A stretch of DNA of 64,000 nucleotides from Octopus vulgaris (GCA_951406725.2 OX597823.1:20336001-20400000), one strand, 5' to 3'. Positions 1-13,152 are shown, counted from the first letter of the stretch. The notes: generated from the letters alone by a model not told the origin. Numbers and translations: made by a program.

Positions 1-194
1 AATAGTATTTAAAACACCATTTGCAACAGCTAATTTTCATTTTTACGCAGTATGTTCATATAATATTTCTTTAGAATATCAAAACGGCTTATCCGTTCTG
101 GCATTGTTCTGGTGTCTATTTTCTTGACCCATCCATTCGTAGTCAAAGTCTTCCTCATAATCCTTTAATCTCGAAAGATACTCCGGGTGTGCCA

Positions 195-1435
195 TCACAC
201 AGCACATGTACCCGGGCGACCCTTTACTCCTGTTATATCCACTATCTCATAATAAAGTTTTTCATTTTCTCCATCGTACAGTATAGCATATTTTTCCTTA
301 CCGGGCGAGGGTGTGGAAATTTGGGGCTCGTGTATGCTTGTGTTTGTCTTCACGCCAAGTGGGGCATGGAGAAGGCTGGTGTCTGTAGAGAGTGGTTGGG
401 GTAAAGTGGGTGTGGGTGGGAGTCGGGTAGGTGTGGGATGGGGGTCGTCCTTTACAGATGGTATACCTTTTCCCTCTTTCTTTTTCCCAGCTGTTTCCCA
501 TTCATTGTCCACCTCCTCTTCTTCGACGCTGGTAATGGTCTTTGTCCGTGGTTCCGCTTCTCTCTCCTCGTTCTTTTCCTCAGGGCAGTGGGACACCAAC
601 CACTTTCTCTCTCTCTTGCCTTTCCTTTGCATTCACAGGTTGTGGAGGACAATCAGCTCCAATGTGGCCTTTCAGGCCACATTTATAGCACCGCGGAATT
701 ATCCCTTCCACTCTGACTTTCAGTGTCACGTCTGCGACCGTAATGGTCTCCACCATACTTTCGATAACTTCCGAGGCTACCTGTACTACCATCTCCAGGC
801 TTTACCCTTGCCAGTTCCTGTGGGGGTGTTCTGGTGGCCTAGAGGACCACCACCTTCTCCATGCCTAGCAGTTTGGCAGCCACCAGCCAGGCTACATCCG
901 CTTCTGGGGGTATGTCTTCTACCCTAACCTTGGAAGTACGTCTCCCAAGGTATGAAGCTAGAAGCACCATTTCGTCAGTTCTCAACGGTGTTCCTGAGTG
1001 AAGCCTGGCGGTAGCAACCTCTCAAAAATGCCCTCCCACTGTTCCAAATTTTCTTCCTCTGGCAAGGTAGGAAATTCTCTGCCAGATTGGTTTAAGTGCC
1101 TTTTTTATTTGAGCCGTTGACATGACTTTTATCTTCCTGACTGCTACCGAGCATGTTCTGTAAATTTTTCTCATTTTTTTCTTTTAAAACTTCTTCGGGA
1201 AGTGAGGAAAATCTTCACTTTGTTCTCCTCCTTTTTAATTATTCCCTTGAACTTACTCAGTTCCTCCAGCTTCACGTCTTCGCTTTTATCTTTCGTCGCC
1301 TCTGCATAATTATTTGTTTCCATTAATTCATCAGTTTTCTTCAAACATTTTACCATTTCTTCCTCAGACAACACAGAATCAAATCGATAAACCGGAAGAA
1401 GGCTTTTTACCACATAACCCACGCCTTACTTTCAG
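195..1435 (-). pseudogene. Decayed non-LTR retrotransposon ORF1 (gag-like, CCHC zinc knuckle); element probably continues left of the window
   Basis: Minus-strand ORF pieces 1171-1422, 580-792 (CYKCGLKGHIGADC = CX2CX4HX4C knuckle) and 195-632 (low-complexity E/K/P/T tail) line up across frameshifts and stops. Confidence 0.65.
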
Positions 1436-1450
1436 TATACGTATAAACAG

Positions 1451-1680
1451 GGCGGCGAGCTGTCAGAAGCGTTAGCACGCCGGGCAAAATGCTTAGCGGC
1501 ATTTCATCCGTCTTTACGTTCTGAGTTCAAATTCCGTCGAGGTCGATTTTGCCTTTCATCCTTTAGGGGTCGATTAAATAAGTACCAGTTACGCACTGTG
1601 GTCGATGTAATCGCCTTAATCCCTTTGTTTGTTCTTGTTTGTCTCCTCTATGTTTAGCTCCCTGTGGGCAATAAAGAAAT
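1451..1680 (+). mobile_element. tRNA-derived SINE family A (GGCGGCGAGCTG head), single unit
   Basis: Head GGCGGCGAGCTGTCAGAAGCGTTAGC, B-box-like GAGTTCAAATTCC, central GCCTTTCATCCTTT.GGGGTCGAT; matches copies at 6218, 21970, 37462 and 58150. Confidence 0.85.
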
Positions 1681-1798
1681 AAATATAGATATAATCGGTG
1701 TTGGTTTTTGTCCATCCACCTAAATTAACGTTTCGGAATAAGAAACCAATAGAATAAATGTCAGTCCTCAAAAATAAATACAGGGATCGATTTTTTTC

Positions 1799-2200
1799 GA
1801 GTGGCTGTGTGGTAAGTAGCTTGCTAACCAACCACATGGTTCCGGGTTCAGTCCCACTGTGTGGCATCTTGGGCAAGTGTCTTCTGCTATAGCCCCGGGC
1901 CGACCAATGCCTTGTGAGTGGATTTGGTAGACGGGAACTGAAAGAAGCCTGTCGTATATATGTGTATATATGTATAAGTGTGTGTGTATATGTTTGTCCC
2001 CCTAGCATTGCTTGACAACCGATGGTGGTGTGTTTACGTCCCCGTCACTTAGCGGTTCGGCAAAAGAGACCGATAGAATAAGTACTGGGCTTACAAAGAA
2101 TAAGTCCCGGGGTTGATTTGCTCGACTAAAGGCGGTGCTCCAGCATGGCCGCAGTCAAATGACTGAAACAAGTAAAAGAGTAAAAGAGTAAAAAGAGTAA
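1799..2200 (+). mobile_element. tRNA-derived SINE family B (CORE-like CTTGGGCAAGTG box, internal microsatellite, (GTAAAAGA)n tail)
   Basis: GTGGCTGTGTGGTAAG A-box, GGTTCAGTCCC B-box, repeated tail; many near-identical copies in the window. Confidence 0.9.
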
Positions 2201-2388
2201 ACTCTTCAAGGCCGTCATCGAATTACTGAAACAAGCATAAGATAAAAGATGGAAGACAATACTGACGAAAGAAAACGTTTGAATGAATCTTAAAAATCAA
2301 CAGAAGGAAATACCGTTAAAAAATACAAAATATCTTAAACATCGAATGACAACGTTGTTATGCTGTAATGCATTATGTAACTATTTCT

Positions 2389-2822
2389 GAGCTGTGTGGT
2401 AAGTAGCCTGTCTACCAACCACAAGGTTCCGGGTTCAGTCCCACTGCGTGGCACCTTGGGCAAGTGTCTTCTACTATAGCCTCGGGCCGACCAAAGCCTT
2501 GTGAGTGGATTTGGTAGACGGAAACTGAAAGAAGCCCGTCGTATATATGTATATATATATATGTATGCGTGTCTGTGTTTGTCCCCATAGCATTGCTTGA
2601 CAACCGATGCTGGTGTGTTTACGTCCTCGTTACTTAGCGGTTCGGCAAAAAAGAGACCGATTCTTAGCGGTTCTTAGCGGTTCGGCAAAAGAGACCGATA
2701 GAATAAGTACTGGGCTTACAAAAGAATAAGTCCCGGGGTCGAGTTGCTTGATTAAAGGCGGTGCTCCAGCATGGCCGCAGTCAAATGACTGAAACAAGTA
2801 AAAGAGAGAGAGAGTAAAGAGT
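2389..2822 (+). mobile_element. SINE family B with small internal duplication
   Basis: Same consensus as 1799-2200; duplicated CTTAGCGGTTC...GAGACCGAT at about 2633-2700. Confidence 0.9.
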
Positions 2823-3124
2823 CTTGGTTTATATACAGAGTGACAGAACGTAAAAGATACCGGATTTTTGTTCCAATTTCAATCGTTATTTAAATTTGGT
2901 TTGTATATTTCTTTGTAAATTATAAAAAAAAAAAACCCCCAGAAAACCAAACAAAAAATCCCGAACATTATTCGATTTTCGAAGTGTTGATTCAATTAAC
3001 ATGGAAACTCATGGAACCCTTCAACTGTCTGACTGTCTGACTGTCTGTCTGTGTCTCTCTACCCCCCCCCCTATCTCTCACACGCACACAGACTCAAACA
3101 CACACACACATACATATATATACA

Positions 3125-3204
<80 letters not shown>

Positions 3205-3206
<2 letters not shown>

Positions 3207-3370
3207 CGCAGGAGTGGGTGGCTGTGTGGTAAGTTGCTTGCTAACCAACCAAAAGGTTCCGGGTTCAGTCCCACTGCGTGGCATCTTGGGCAAGTGTCTT
3301 CTGCTATAGCTTCGGGCCGACCAAAGCCTTGTGAGTGGATTTGGTAGACGGAAACTGAAAGAAGCCTGTC

Positions 3371-3418
<48 letters not shown>

Positions 3419-3635
3419 ATATGTTTGTGTGTTTGTGTTTGTCCCTCTAGCATTGCTTGACAACCGATGCTGGTGTGTTTACGTCCCCGTAAACTTAGAG
3501 GTTCGGCAAAAGAGACCGATAGAATAAGTACTGGGCTTACAAAGAATAAGTCCCGGGGTTGATTTGCTCGACTAAAGGCGGTGCTCCAGCATGACCGCAG
3601 TCAAATGACTGAAACAAGTAAAAGAGTAAAAAGAG
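3205..3635 (+). mobile_element. SINE family B, full length, inserted next to (TA)n
   Basis: GGCGCAGGAGTGG head through GACTGAAACAAGTAAAAGAG tail. Confidence 0.9.
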
Positions 3636-3973
3636 TATATATATATATATACATATATATATGTATACACACACGCATACACACGTTTTACTTTGGTTAG
3701 GCTCGAGCAACCAGAGACGATATGCTTGATCCACATGTTCTTTAACTTGTGGTTCTTCGTGTTGTTTTATGGAAATCATTGTTATTGTAATTAAAAAACG
3801 TTGCCATTGTCTCCTACTCGTCATCCGCCTCATCCGCTTCAGCCATCCTCATCAGCATTGTAGTCACCAGCCTTTGATATAATAGCCAGATCTGAGAGAG
3901 AGAGGAACTATCGCAACGTGTCAGCTGTATTTGTTTCTGAGTGTGTGTGTGCATGTGTGTGTGTGTGTGTGTA

Positions 3974-4012
<39 letters not shown>

Positions 4013-5090
4013 ATGTGTGTGTGTGTGTGTGTGTGTATGACTGTGCGTTTACAAATGAATGCCCTTACAGTGACGTTGTTTATCAGCGAATGTTCAGCTT
4101 CATATATACTGGAATCTAAATAACAAACTGTGAAATGTGTGTTCGGCGATGACTGAGAGAGAGCAGAGGGTGGTGGTGGTGGCGGCGGTGGTGGATTCGG
4201 TGGTGGTGGTTTCTTGTGATGTTTGTCGCTGACTAAATCGATAATTCTAGAAGCTTTGTGTGTATGCATGAGAGCGAGAGAGAGAGGGGGTAAGAACGAG
4301 AAAGACAAAATGAAGAGAGAACTAGGATGAGAGAAAAGGAAAGAGGGAGAAAGAATGAGAGGATAGGAAGAAAGTATAAGAAAGAAGGGGGGGGGGGACG
4401 AGGACAGGGCGCTAGAGTTTAGCGACGAATCAGGCAATATGCTACCAAGTTTTAGTAAATGCTATCTTGGATGTTCCATTTTCATTCATTTTGAATTCTT
4501 TAGCAGAAAAAATAAAGCTAACGAAACTGCTGGATGAAATAAATAATGTGCAGTTAAATAATAGAAAAAAGATTAAATAAATAAAACAAAAGAAAAATAA
4601 AAGTCGTTTGGATTGTTAAAGAAATTTTATTTTTCAGGAAAATATCTCTTCTGTTCGACTTTCATCCCTTTGTCTCTTTCTTGTGTTTCTTAAATTCACT
4701 AAGGCTTATCAAATTATCGATTAACTTTAACTGATTCCTTCTTTTTGTATAATGTCTTTCAATTCAGCCTCGGTTTAGTTATCGTTTCAATTGTGCAGAC
4801 GACACAACTTCAATGGGCGACATTACGTGTGATTTCTTTATCTTTTTCTCTCTATTTTTTTTTGCTCTCAGTCTAAAAGAGATACAGTAATTTCTTTTGT
4901 GCGTAATTCTCTTTAGTCAGTCGGTTTCTTGTTCACTAAAGAAATTGATTTTATTTAATAAGGTACCACATGAAATTTTATAGCGGCAGAGGGTGCATAG
5001 TCAATTGAATAAACTGAAGTTTTCCGGAATTACTTTCATATACATTGTCAACACAGGTGCGATTCGAACAAGGAGGTAGATTAACCAGAG

Positions 5091-5132
<42 letters not shown>

Positions 5133-5429
5133 TGCATTAAATTAAGAAACGGTAACGAGTGAAAATTCTGTAAATAATATATCATTATAATCTTAAAGTT
5201 TATTAGCGTACACCGTGTATGACTTTAAGAAAATAGTCTAATATTGGGGCATATAAGCCCTCGTCGGAAACAAGTGGGTATTAGTATGCGTGAGAATCGA
5301 ACCTACACCTCTTAAAATGATACAAAACAAAACACGAAGACGTGATAAAAGAAGCAAAGAATAAAGGTGTATTTAGTTTACGCGCAGGAAAATGAGAAGT
5401 CCTTAATGTTTTTAGCCTGCATTCTTCAT

Positions 5430-5781
5430 TTTCACTCCTACACATATATACATGCACACGTCCAGACCACCAGGCCTCTTTCACACGCACATACATACTC
5501 TCTTATACACGCACCCACCTTCTTGTTGGGGGTCATATTTACTTTGTTATCTCCCCTACTTTCCCCCTCGTGTGTGACCCTTCTGTTCGAGTCAGCGCCA
5601 TGCTAGATCGTTAGCCACTACACACATTTTTTTCTCTCCTTGTTTTTTTCGGTACCCCTTTCTGTAGAAGAGCGTAGGCTCGAAACGTAAAAGACTTTTT
5701 CTATTCCTGAGCGTTATACTAATACATCTGTTTGTTTTGTACACCACCTGTCTTCGTCTTTTGTTTTTTTTCGTAAACTCT

Positions 5782-5790
<9 letters not shown>
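5430..5790 (+). mobile_element. Penelope-like terminal-repeat module with minimal hammerhead-like motif
   Basis: Homologous to 11900-12310 and, in reverse, to 53150-53232; contains GAAGAGCGTAGGCTCGAAACGT and ends in (TA)n. The Penelope assignment is inference. Confidence 0.55.
5658..5693 (+). ncRNA. Minimal type I hammerhead-like motif, atypical core (CUGUAGA)
   Basis: CTTT-CTGTAGA-A-GAGC(GTAG)GCTC-GAAA-C-GTA-AAAG: stems I and II pair, stem III is the ACGT palindrome; core has A6U. Confidence 0.5.
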
Positions 5791-5840
<50 letters not shown>

Positions 5841-6217
5841 TTACTCATTACCTTTAATAATTGCAGATTTGACAGAGTATTCCTTTGGTCAAGTTATCAG
5901 TTCAAGTTATCTAAACTTTAATAGAATTTGAACTCAGTTCTCTACAAACTAGAACAATGACTGTAAGTTACGGCATTCGACATTCTAAGAATTGCGCCAG
6001 TTCATCGCCCGTGATTGGTTTTTATTCATCGATCCCGGAATGACGAAAGGCAAAGTGGACCTGACGGATTGAGATAAACTTTCTGACAACCATAAGCTCT
6101 ATTGTGTTTTATAAATGTTATAATATAGTAGTATATTTAATTCTGGGCTCTTGAGCATGTTTGAATAGGAGGTGCAATAAATAATCAGTTGTATGTTCGT
6201 ATCGTAACAACAGCTAA

Positions 6218-6812
6218 AGCGGCGAGTTGGCAGAAGCGTTAGCACGCCGGGCGAAATGCTTAGCAGTATTTCGTCTGCCGCTACGTTCTGAGTTCAAATT
6301 CCGCCGAGGTCGACTTTGCCTTTCATCCTTTCGGGGTCGATTAAATAAGTACCTTTTACGCACTGGTGTCGATGTAATCGACTTAATCCGTATGTCTGTC
6401 CTTGTTTGTTCCCTCTGTATTTAGCCCGTTGTGGGTAGTAAAGAAATAGGTATTTCGTCTGCCGCTACGTTCTGAGTTCAAATTCCGCCGAGTTCGACTT
6501 TGCCTTTCATCCTTTCGGGGTCGATTAAATAAGTACCAGTTGCGTACTGAGGTCAATATAATTGACTTAATACGTTTGTCTGTCCTTGTTTGTCCTTTCT
6601 GTGTTTAGCCCCTTGTGGGTAGTAAAGAAATAGGTATTTCGTCTGCCACTACGTACTGAGTTCAAATTCCGCCGAGGTCGACTTTGCCTTTTACCCTTTC
6701 GGGGTCGATTGAATAAGTACCAGTTGCATCCTGGGGTCTCAATCCACTTAATCCGTTTGTCTGTTCTTGTTTGTCCCCTCTATGTTTAGCCCCTTGTGGG
6801 CAATAAAGAAGT
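6218..6812 (+). mobile_element. SINE family A with three tandem ~183-bp body units
   Basis: Head, then GTATTTCGTCTGCC...GTAAAGAAATA repeated from about 6266, 6449 and 6633. Confidence 0.88.
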
Positions 6813-7974
6813 AAGTATTATGGAACTAATTATTGTAATTTACTGACTTGCAAAATAAGTACAAATCTTTTCTCTCGAGTAAAGTAATTTGCATAGACCA
6901 GGGCATCATTCTTTTCTATAGCTTAGTCAGAAGAGAAAGGACGCGTCTAAGATCATAAAAAGGAGAACTAAATCTCCTGGTGGTAAGGAAGAGATCTGAC
7001 ATGGATGCTTTCAATAGGATGGACTCTGTTAAAACCATCTAAGGACTAGATGTGGTTTTAAATCGGGAAATGGATAGATGCACTACCCAATCACTGGCAC
7101 AGTTTATGCAATGCTCCTCCTTTTTCGAACGCAATTGTGTATGATTTTAAAACAAAAAGAAAATAATAAATTTTTTAATGGACTCTGTTCTCGAATCATA
7201 CATTAGATGAAACTTGAGCCTCGGTTTCTCAATCCTAGTATTAAACCTTAATTCTCCCTCATCACATCACAACCAGCTGTCTCAGCCATTGAAGAAAGTA
7301 CAAATATAGTGTGAGACACCAAAAAAAGTTTTATGTTATCACTACGAACCGATGTTATGATAGATATTTCAATTCAAAGCATAACATTTTGTCTTGTCTT
7401 ACACAAATTTTGCTCTTAAACTTCATTTATTATTTTTGTTTTTACCCAAATCATTATTTACCGAAAGCCATTTTTCCCCCCACAAAAAGAAAAAAAAATC
7501 AAGCATGTTTATCAAAAAATAAACGCCATTTTTTCTTTCAACATTTGCTTCATTTCACAAGTCTTGTGTTGAAGTTTGATTGAAACAACATAAGTTACTT
7601 TCTTGGTATTTTTTTTCTTTTAATAGATGACTGAAAGCAAAAAAAAAAAGAAAAAAATGTCAATAATCTATCATCAAACAGTATAATGTTTATTTTCGAG
7701 AAAGTTACCATTAGTTTTGTATACTTTCGCTATTATTTTTAACGCCTCCTTTTGATGTTGGGTCTGCTAGGAAGTGAATAAGAATATATGTATTTCAGGA
7801 CTGCAAATAGATTGATGTTGAGCAAACACACTGAATGTTAAAAGCATCAGACAGTATCGTAAACGATTCTGGGTAAATATACCTAATATGACACACAGGC
7901 ATAGACGCTACGCACAGCGACAAAAGGATACATTAGGGAAGAGGGAAAATGGTACACTAGAGGTATATGGATAT

Positions 7975-8006
<32 letters not shown>

Positions 8007-8031
8007 CATATAATATATATATATATGCAGT

Positions 8032-8103
<72 letters not shown>

Positions 8104-8142
8104 GTATATATATATATATGTATGTATATGTATAAAGAGGTA

Positions 8143-8418
8143 AAGGCCGCCATCAACCACGAATAACCTTGGGTTTGCACATAGAAAGTTCTCCACCGAA
8201 ACACGGGTCCGGACAAGGTTGTTTATGAAAGACCAGAAATTGCGTTATGCACATAATTTCCCCCTCTCTATGCCACTCATGTTATCCAAGGGAAATGCAA
8301 AGGCCAACACCAGTGGCGCCGCAACTCGTTTCTACAGCTGAGGGAACTGGAGCAACGTGAAATAAAGTGTCTTGCTCAAGAACACAACACACAGCCCGGT
8401 TCGGAAATGGAACTCACT
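8143..8418 (-). mobile_element. SINE family D (5'-truncated)
   Basis: Reverse complement reads TTGTGTTCTTGAGCAAGACACTTTATTTCACGTTGCTCCAG...CCCTTGGATAACA; homologous to 18296-18582 and 24718-25022. Confidence 0.8.
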
Positions 8419-8457
8419 ATATATATGTATATGTATATGTAAATGTATATGAATATG

Positions 8458-8489
<32 letters not shown>

Positions 8490-8585
8490 TGTATGTATGT
8501 ATGTATGTATGTATGTATGTATGTATGTATATATTTATATATATGAATACATGTATATGTCTCTCTCTATATATCTAAATCTGCG

Positions 8586-8645
<60 letters not shown>

Positions 8646-9249
8646 TATAAGCATACATGCAATACCACTTTTACTAATTCACGCTCAGTTATGCATAAAT
8701 TTATATTATTTACTTAATGTCAAGCCGTCTGAAGCGAAAATATTGAAAGTAAACTAACTACTGCAGTGGAAGCTTAATATATGTCTGCTTTGTATATTTA
8801 TATATCAAGTGAACATTCTAAAGTGTAGTTGGAAGGAAATCGAATGTGGTTCGTCCGATGGGAAAGAGATGTCAATGAACTACGATAGTGTCCATCAGAA
8901 ATACCAGCCCTCCTTTTTTCGTAGTGGAAAGCATGCAATGAATATGTTTACATACTTATCGTATTGTCCAACGGCAAAGCTTTCAAATATTTATGCTTAA
9001 AGGAAAGTCTGCAAATGTATGATTGATGGACTGCGAAATGATTTATTTTATTCCCGCTTCCTATTTTATAAAATCTGTTATATATTTAATAAGATATATA
9101 TCTATGCTAATAATATTTTATTTATCTCTTTTTCCTTTAATGATTTATATATTTATTGGACTAGCGAAGATGTATGTATAATTAACTATTGGTATACGAA
9201 TGCAAAACTTAATTACATTTCATCTAATATATAAGGGTGTAGCTTGAGT

Positions 9250-9297
<48 letters not shown>

Positions 9298-9319
9298 ATG
9301 TTACATTACTCGGTAGTCA

Positions 9320-9382
9320 AGATAAAACTCTGAGTTTCAGATGCCGAAGTGGAAATCCACAACACCATCTCTTCGGTTATCT
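9320..9382 (-). ncRNA. Type I hammerhead-like ribozyme motif (core CCGAAGA, U4C)
   Basis: Minus strand AGATAA-CCGAAGA-GATG...CATC-T-GAAA-CTCAGAG-TT-TTATCT: 6-bp stem I, stem II, quasi-palindromic stem III, GUU site. Confidence 0.65.
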
Positions 9383-9530
9383 GGCTATTTGAAAACGGTA
9401 TGAAAAAATACCGTTAAATAAAGGGAAATTACTCTGTTATAACTCTGCTTGCCTGCGTACTTATACATCGCTCGCATTTTTCGCCATAAAAATTATGTAA
9501 AAATTATATAAAAATACTATAAAAATTATG

Positions 9531-9609
<79 letters not shown>

Positions 9610-9714
9610 TTGAGTAGTTGAATGAATTATCTTGTTAAGGATAATTCGGTTAACCGATACCTGGGTAGCAAATTCACATTTTTGTGCATCTTGATGTTGA
9701 CATAAGTTCCTTGC

Positions 9715-9797
9715 TTTTCCTGATGAGAAAGCGGCATAATGTACTCCTTATTCCTTCGCAATTAGGAATATGCAGCCTTCGAAACATATGTCGAAAA
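9715..9797 (+). ncRNA. Type I hammerhead ribozyme motif, canonical core
   Basis: TTTTC-CTGATGA-GAAAGCGGCATA...TATGCAGCCTTC-GAAA-CATATG-TC-GAAAA: 5-bp stem I, long stem II, palindromic stem III, GUC site. Confidence 0.8.
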
Positions 9798-9839
9798 TAA
9801 AGGAATTTTGTTAATTCGTCGTTCAACTCCATTCTTTCA

Positions 9840-9899
<60 letters not shown>

Positions 9900-9940
9900 C
9901 TTATACGTAGTATTTCGTAGGAAAAAGATTTTAATTGTTA

Positions 9941-10222
9941 CTAGACTTATTACCCAGCGTTGCCCGGTAAAGGTATTAACAAAAGTGTTTGCCAGTTTGT
10001 AGAATGGGAATTCATGGTACTTATGCATGTATGTATATTTAACCTAACTTCTGGATTTATTTAATTGGAACTATCCAAACATTAGTAATCAATTTTTTTC
10101 TTTTTAACAATTTTTATCCTGAAAAATCACCTGTCACTTTTGTTTTAAGGTGAAAGAGAGGAGAACGTGAAGGATGTATGAACGCGTTTATGAAATGGAC
10201 GTGAGTTTGTGTGTGTGTGTGT

Positions 10223-10262
<40 letters not shown>

Positions 10263-10990
10263 GACAGACAGAGAGAAAGCCGCTCACACATACATGAGAA
10301 CATACACTTTCACCCCCCCCACTCTCTCTCTCTCTCACACACACACATACAAACGTACATACAAAAAAGATGGACGCATATGTCTTGATGTATGTACGTA
10401 TACATGACAACACACACCTTCACTCTCTCTCTTTCTCTCACTCTTTTCCTATCTTCCTCTCTCTCTCTTTCTTTCTATCTCTCTTTCCCTCTCTCTTTCT
10501 CTTTCTCTCTCCCTCTCTTTCTTTTTCTCTCTCTTTCTATTTCACACACACACGTCCATTTCTATACACGTATATTCATCTTTCACTTTTCCCCTCTTTC
10601 ACTTTAAAACAAAAGTAAATAATGAAAAAATATGGAAATTAACGAAATCAAATTCAGTTAAAGACATTTCTAAATGATTAAAATGTTGTGTACGTCACAA
10701 AGTCGACGTTTTCTTTCTTAGAGAGCACGAAGTCAATGTGTGTGTATATGTCACAGATAGCGTGCGCGTGTTTGTGTTGATTGACACGCCATGACAATCA
10801 TTATATGCATGTGTATTCTATATGTGTGTATGTGTGTTGACGTCACAGAAGCCATTTCTTTTTTCGGCAAGAAATAACAAACAAAAATCGTGTTTAATTG
10901 TTTAGATAGAAGTCCAAGTATCACAAATATAGGAATAAGCGAAAGCAGACATTATTTACTAAAACCTTTCTCTAAAGTATAACTATATAT
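9941..10990 (-). mobile_element. Probable non-autonomous Helitron, decayed and microsatellite-laden
   Basis: CTAG terminus at 9941 next to imperfect hairpin CCCAGCGTTGCCCGG, resembling the ends at 28720 and 52406. Far boundary uncertain. Confidence 0.45.
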
Positions 10991-11002
10991 AATTTCATCC
11001 CT

Positions 11003-11066
<64 letters not shown>

Positions 11067-11435
11067 CTATCTATCTGTGTGCCTGTGTGTCTGTCTCTGT
11101 GCATTTGTGTGAGTATGTATATCTCTTTATATATAAATGCTATCTACCTACTTTTGTGTATATATCCATCCACGTATATATGCACACGCGTCCCCCACCA
11201 TAGGCACATAGTGTGTTTGGGTTTAATTTGACACTTTGCATAAAAGGAAGCAAGATACAATATCACTTCCCAAAATAAAGTATTTTCAAAGATAAAAACC
11301 TATGGATTAGATTATGGGTGGGAGATAACAGTTTACTTAAAATAGTTACTCTCACCTTCCACCACGGCCTGAAGACAGCTCCGGAACCTGGTGCATGCAT
11401 TTTCACGGTGTTCCTGGGAAAATCTTCGAACACTT

Positions 11436-11479
<44 letters not shown>

Positions 11480-11669
11480 TATATCCCTCTCTCCCCCTCT
11501 CCCTCTTTCCTCCTTCATCCCCTCCTCCCCTTCCTTCTCCCCCATCCTCTCCTCTTCCCCCTTCTCCTCCCCCTTTTCTTCCCCTCCTCTTCTCTCCCCC
11601 TCTTCTCCCCCTCCCCCTCTTCTCCTCACTACACCACATGACTTTACACATCACATCACATATGATGTG

Positions 11670-12310
11670 CCATACTAATACACACACCAACTAATACATA
11701 CTAATACGTACTAATACATACTAGTACATACTAATACTTACACCAACCCTATACATACACACGTCCAGACCCCGCATACGCACTTATACTCTCTCTCACA
11801 CACACACACACACCTATACATACCAATACGTACTAATACATACTAATACATACACCAACCCCATACATACGCACGTCCAGACCAATCTTACGCACTAATA
11901 CTCTCTCATACACACACACACACACACACACACACCCTTATACATACTAATACATACACCAACCCTATACATACACACATCCAGACCCCTCCCACGCACT
12001 TTTAGCTGGTCCCTCAACCCTTTTATCAACCCTATTATCTCCCCTTATTTCGCTCTCGCGTCTCATGTTTGATCTTTGACCTCTGGCCGAAATCAGATCG
12101 CCATGTTGATTCGTTAGCTACTGCACGCATTTTTTTTCTCTCCTTCTTTCTGTGTTTTTCTCTCTCTGTGTATCTTTCTGTTGAAGAGCGTAGGCTCGAA
12201 ACGTTAAAGACTTGTTTTATTTATATTTCCTGAGCGCCATACTAATACAATTGTTCGTTTGTTTTCCACCTGCCTTCGTCTTTTGTTTATTTTCATAAAG
12301 CTTCCCGTTA
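11670..12310 (+). mobile_element. Penelope-like terminal-repeat module with three internal tandem subrepeats and hammerhead-like motif
   Basis: CATACTAATACATACACCAACCC...CCAGACC repeated three times, then sequence homologous to 5430-5790. Confidence 0.55.
12173..12210 (+). ncRNA. Minimal type I hammerhead-like motif, atypical core (CUGUUGA)
   Basis: TCTTT-CTGTTGA-A-GAGC(GTAG)GCTC-GAAA-C-GTT-AAAGA; 5-bp stem I. Confidence 0.5.
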
Positions 12311-12708
12311 TATATATATATATATATATATATATACCAGACCTCACATGTCCGTATATTCATATTTTTGCGGATGCTTTTATGAGCGAGTGTACTCGCG
12401 CCATGCAGCTAGTCTGAGGGCGTTTATACATCCATACCTGTTAACGGTTATTTTTAATGCTTTTCTCGCTGGATTGCGTGTTCATTTCTCGTTTTGACAT
12501 CCGTGATCGAGTTGTATTTATTTATCACCCGACGAGATACATCTGCACCACTGGATGCTCGTGAACTAGTTGTTGAGTGTCCCACGCAAGAGGAATCGAT
12601 GCTAGATGTGTCGAAACAATTGTCGTATTTTATTATAGATTCTCGTATATTCCATCTTCTGTCATTCATTTCGTATATATATATGCGTGTGTGTGAATTT
12701 ATATATAT

Positions 12709-12770
<62 letters not shown>

Positions 12771-12771
<1 letters not shown>

Positions 12772-13152
12772 CCTTGTTTCAGTCATTTTGACTGCGGCCA
12801 TGCTGGAGCACCGCCTTTAATCGAGCAACACGACCCCGGGACTTATTCTTTTGTAAGCCCAGTACTTATTCTATCGGTCTCTTTTGCCGAACCACTAAGT
12901 AACGGAGACATAAACACACCAGCATCGGTTGTCAAACAATGCTAGGGGGACAAACACAGACACACATATATATATATATATACAAATATACGACGGGCTT
13001 CTTTCAGTTTCCGTCTACCAAATCCACTCACAAGGCTTTGGTCGGCCCGAGGCAAAGTAGAAGACACTTGCCCAAGGTGCCACGCAGTGGGACAGAACCC
13101 GGAACCATGTGGTTGGTAAGCAAGCTACTTACCACACAGCCACTCCTGCGCC
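12771..13152 (-). mobile_element. SINE family B
   Basis: Reverse complement of the 3205-3635 consensus. Confidence 0.9.

Noticed and set aside
5240-5275. Minus-strand CCGACGA-GGGC(TTATAT)GCCC hairpin
   Set aside because: GAAA and stem III are absent.
9379-9390. 12-bp identity ATCTGGCTATTT with the array unit, next to a hammerhead core in both
   Set aside because: Opposite orientation relative to the respective ribozymes and no further similarity; likely coincidence.
11355-11400. CTGAAGA core-like motif near (TA)n
   Set aside because: No GAAA or consistent stems could be built.
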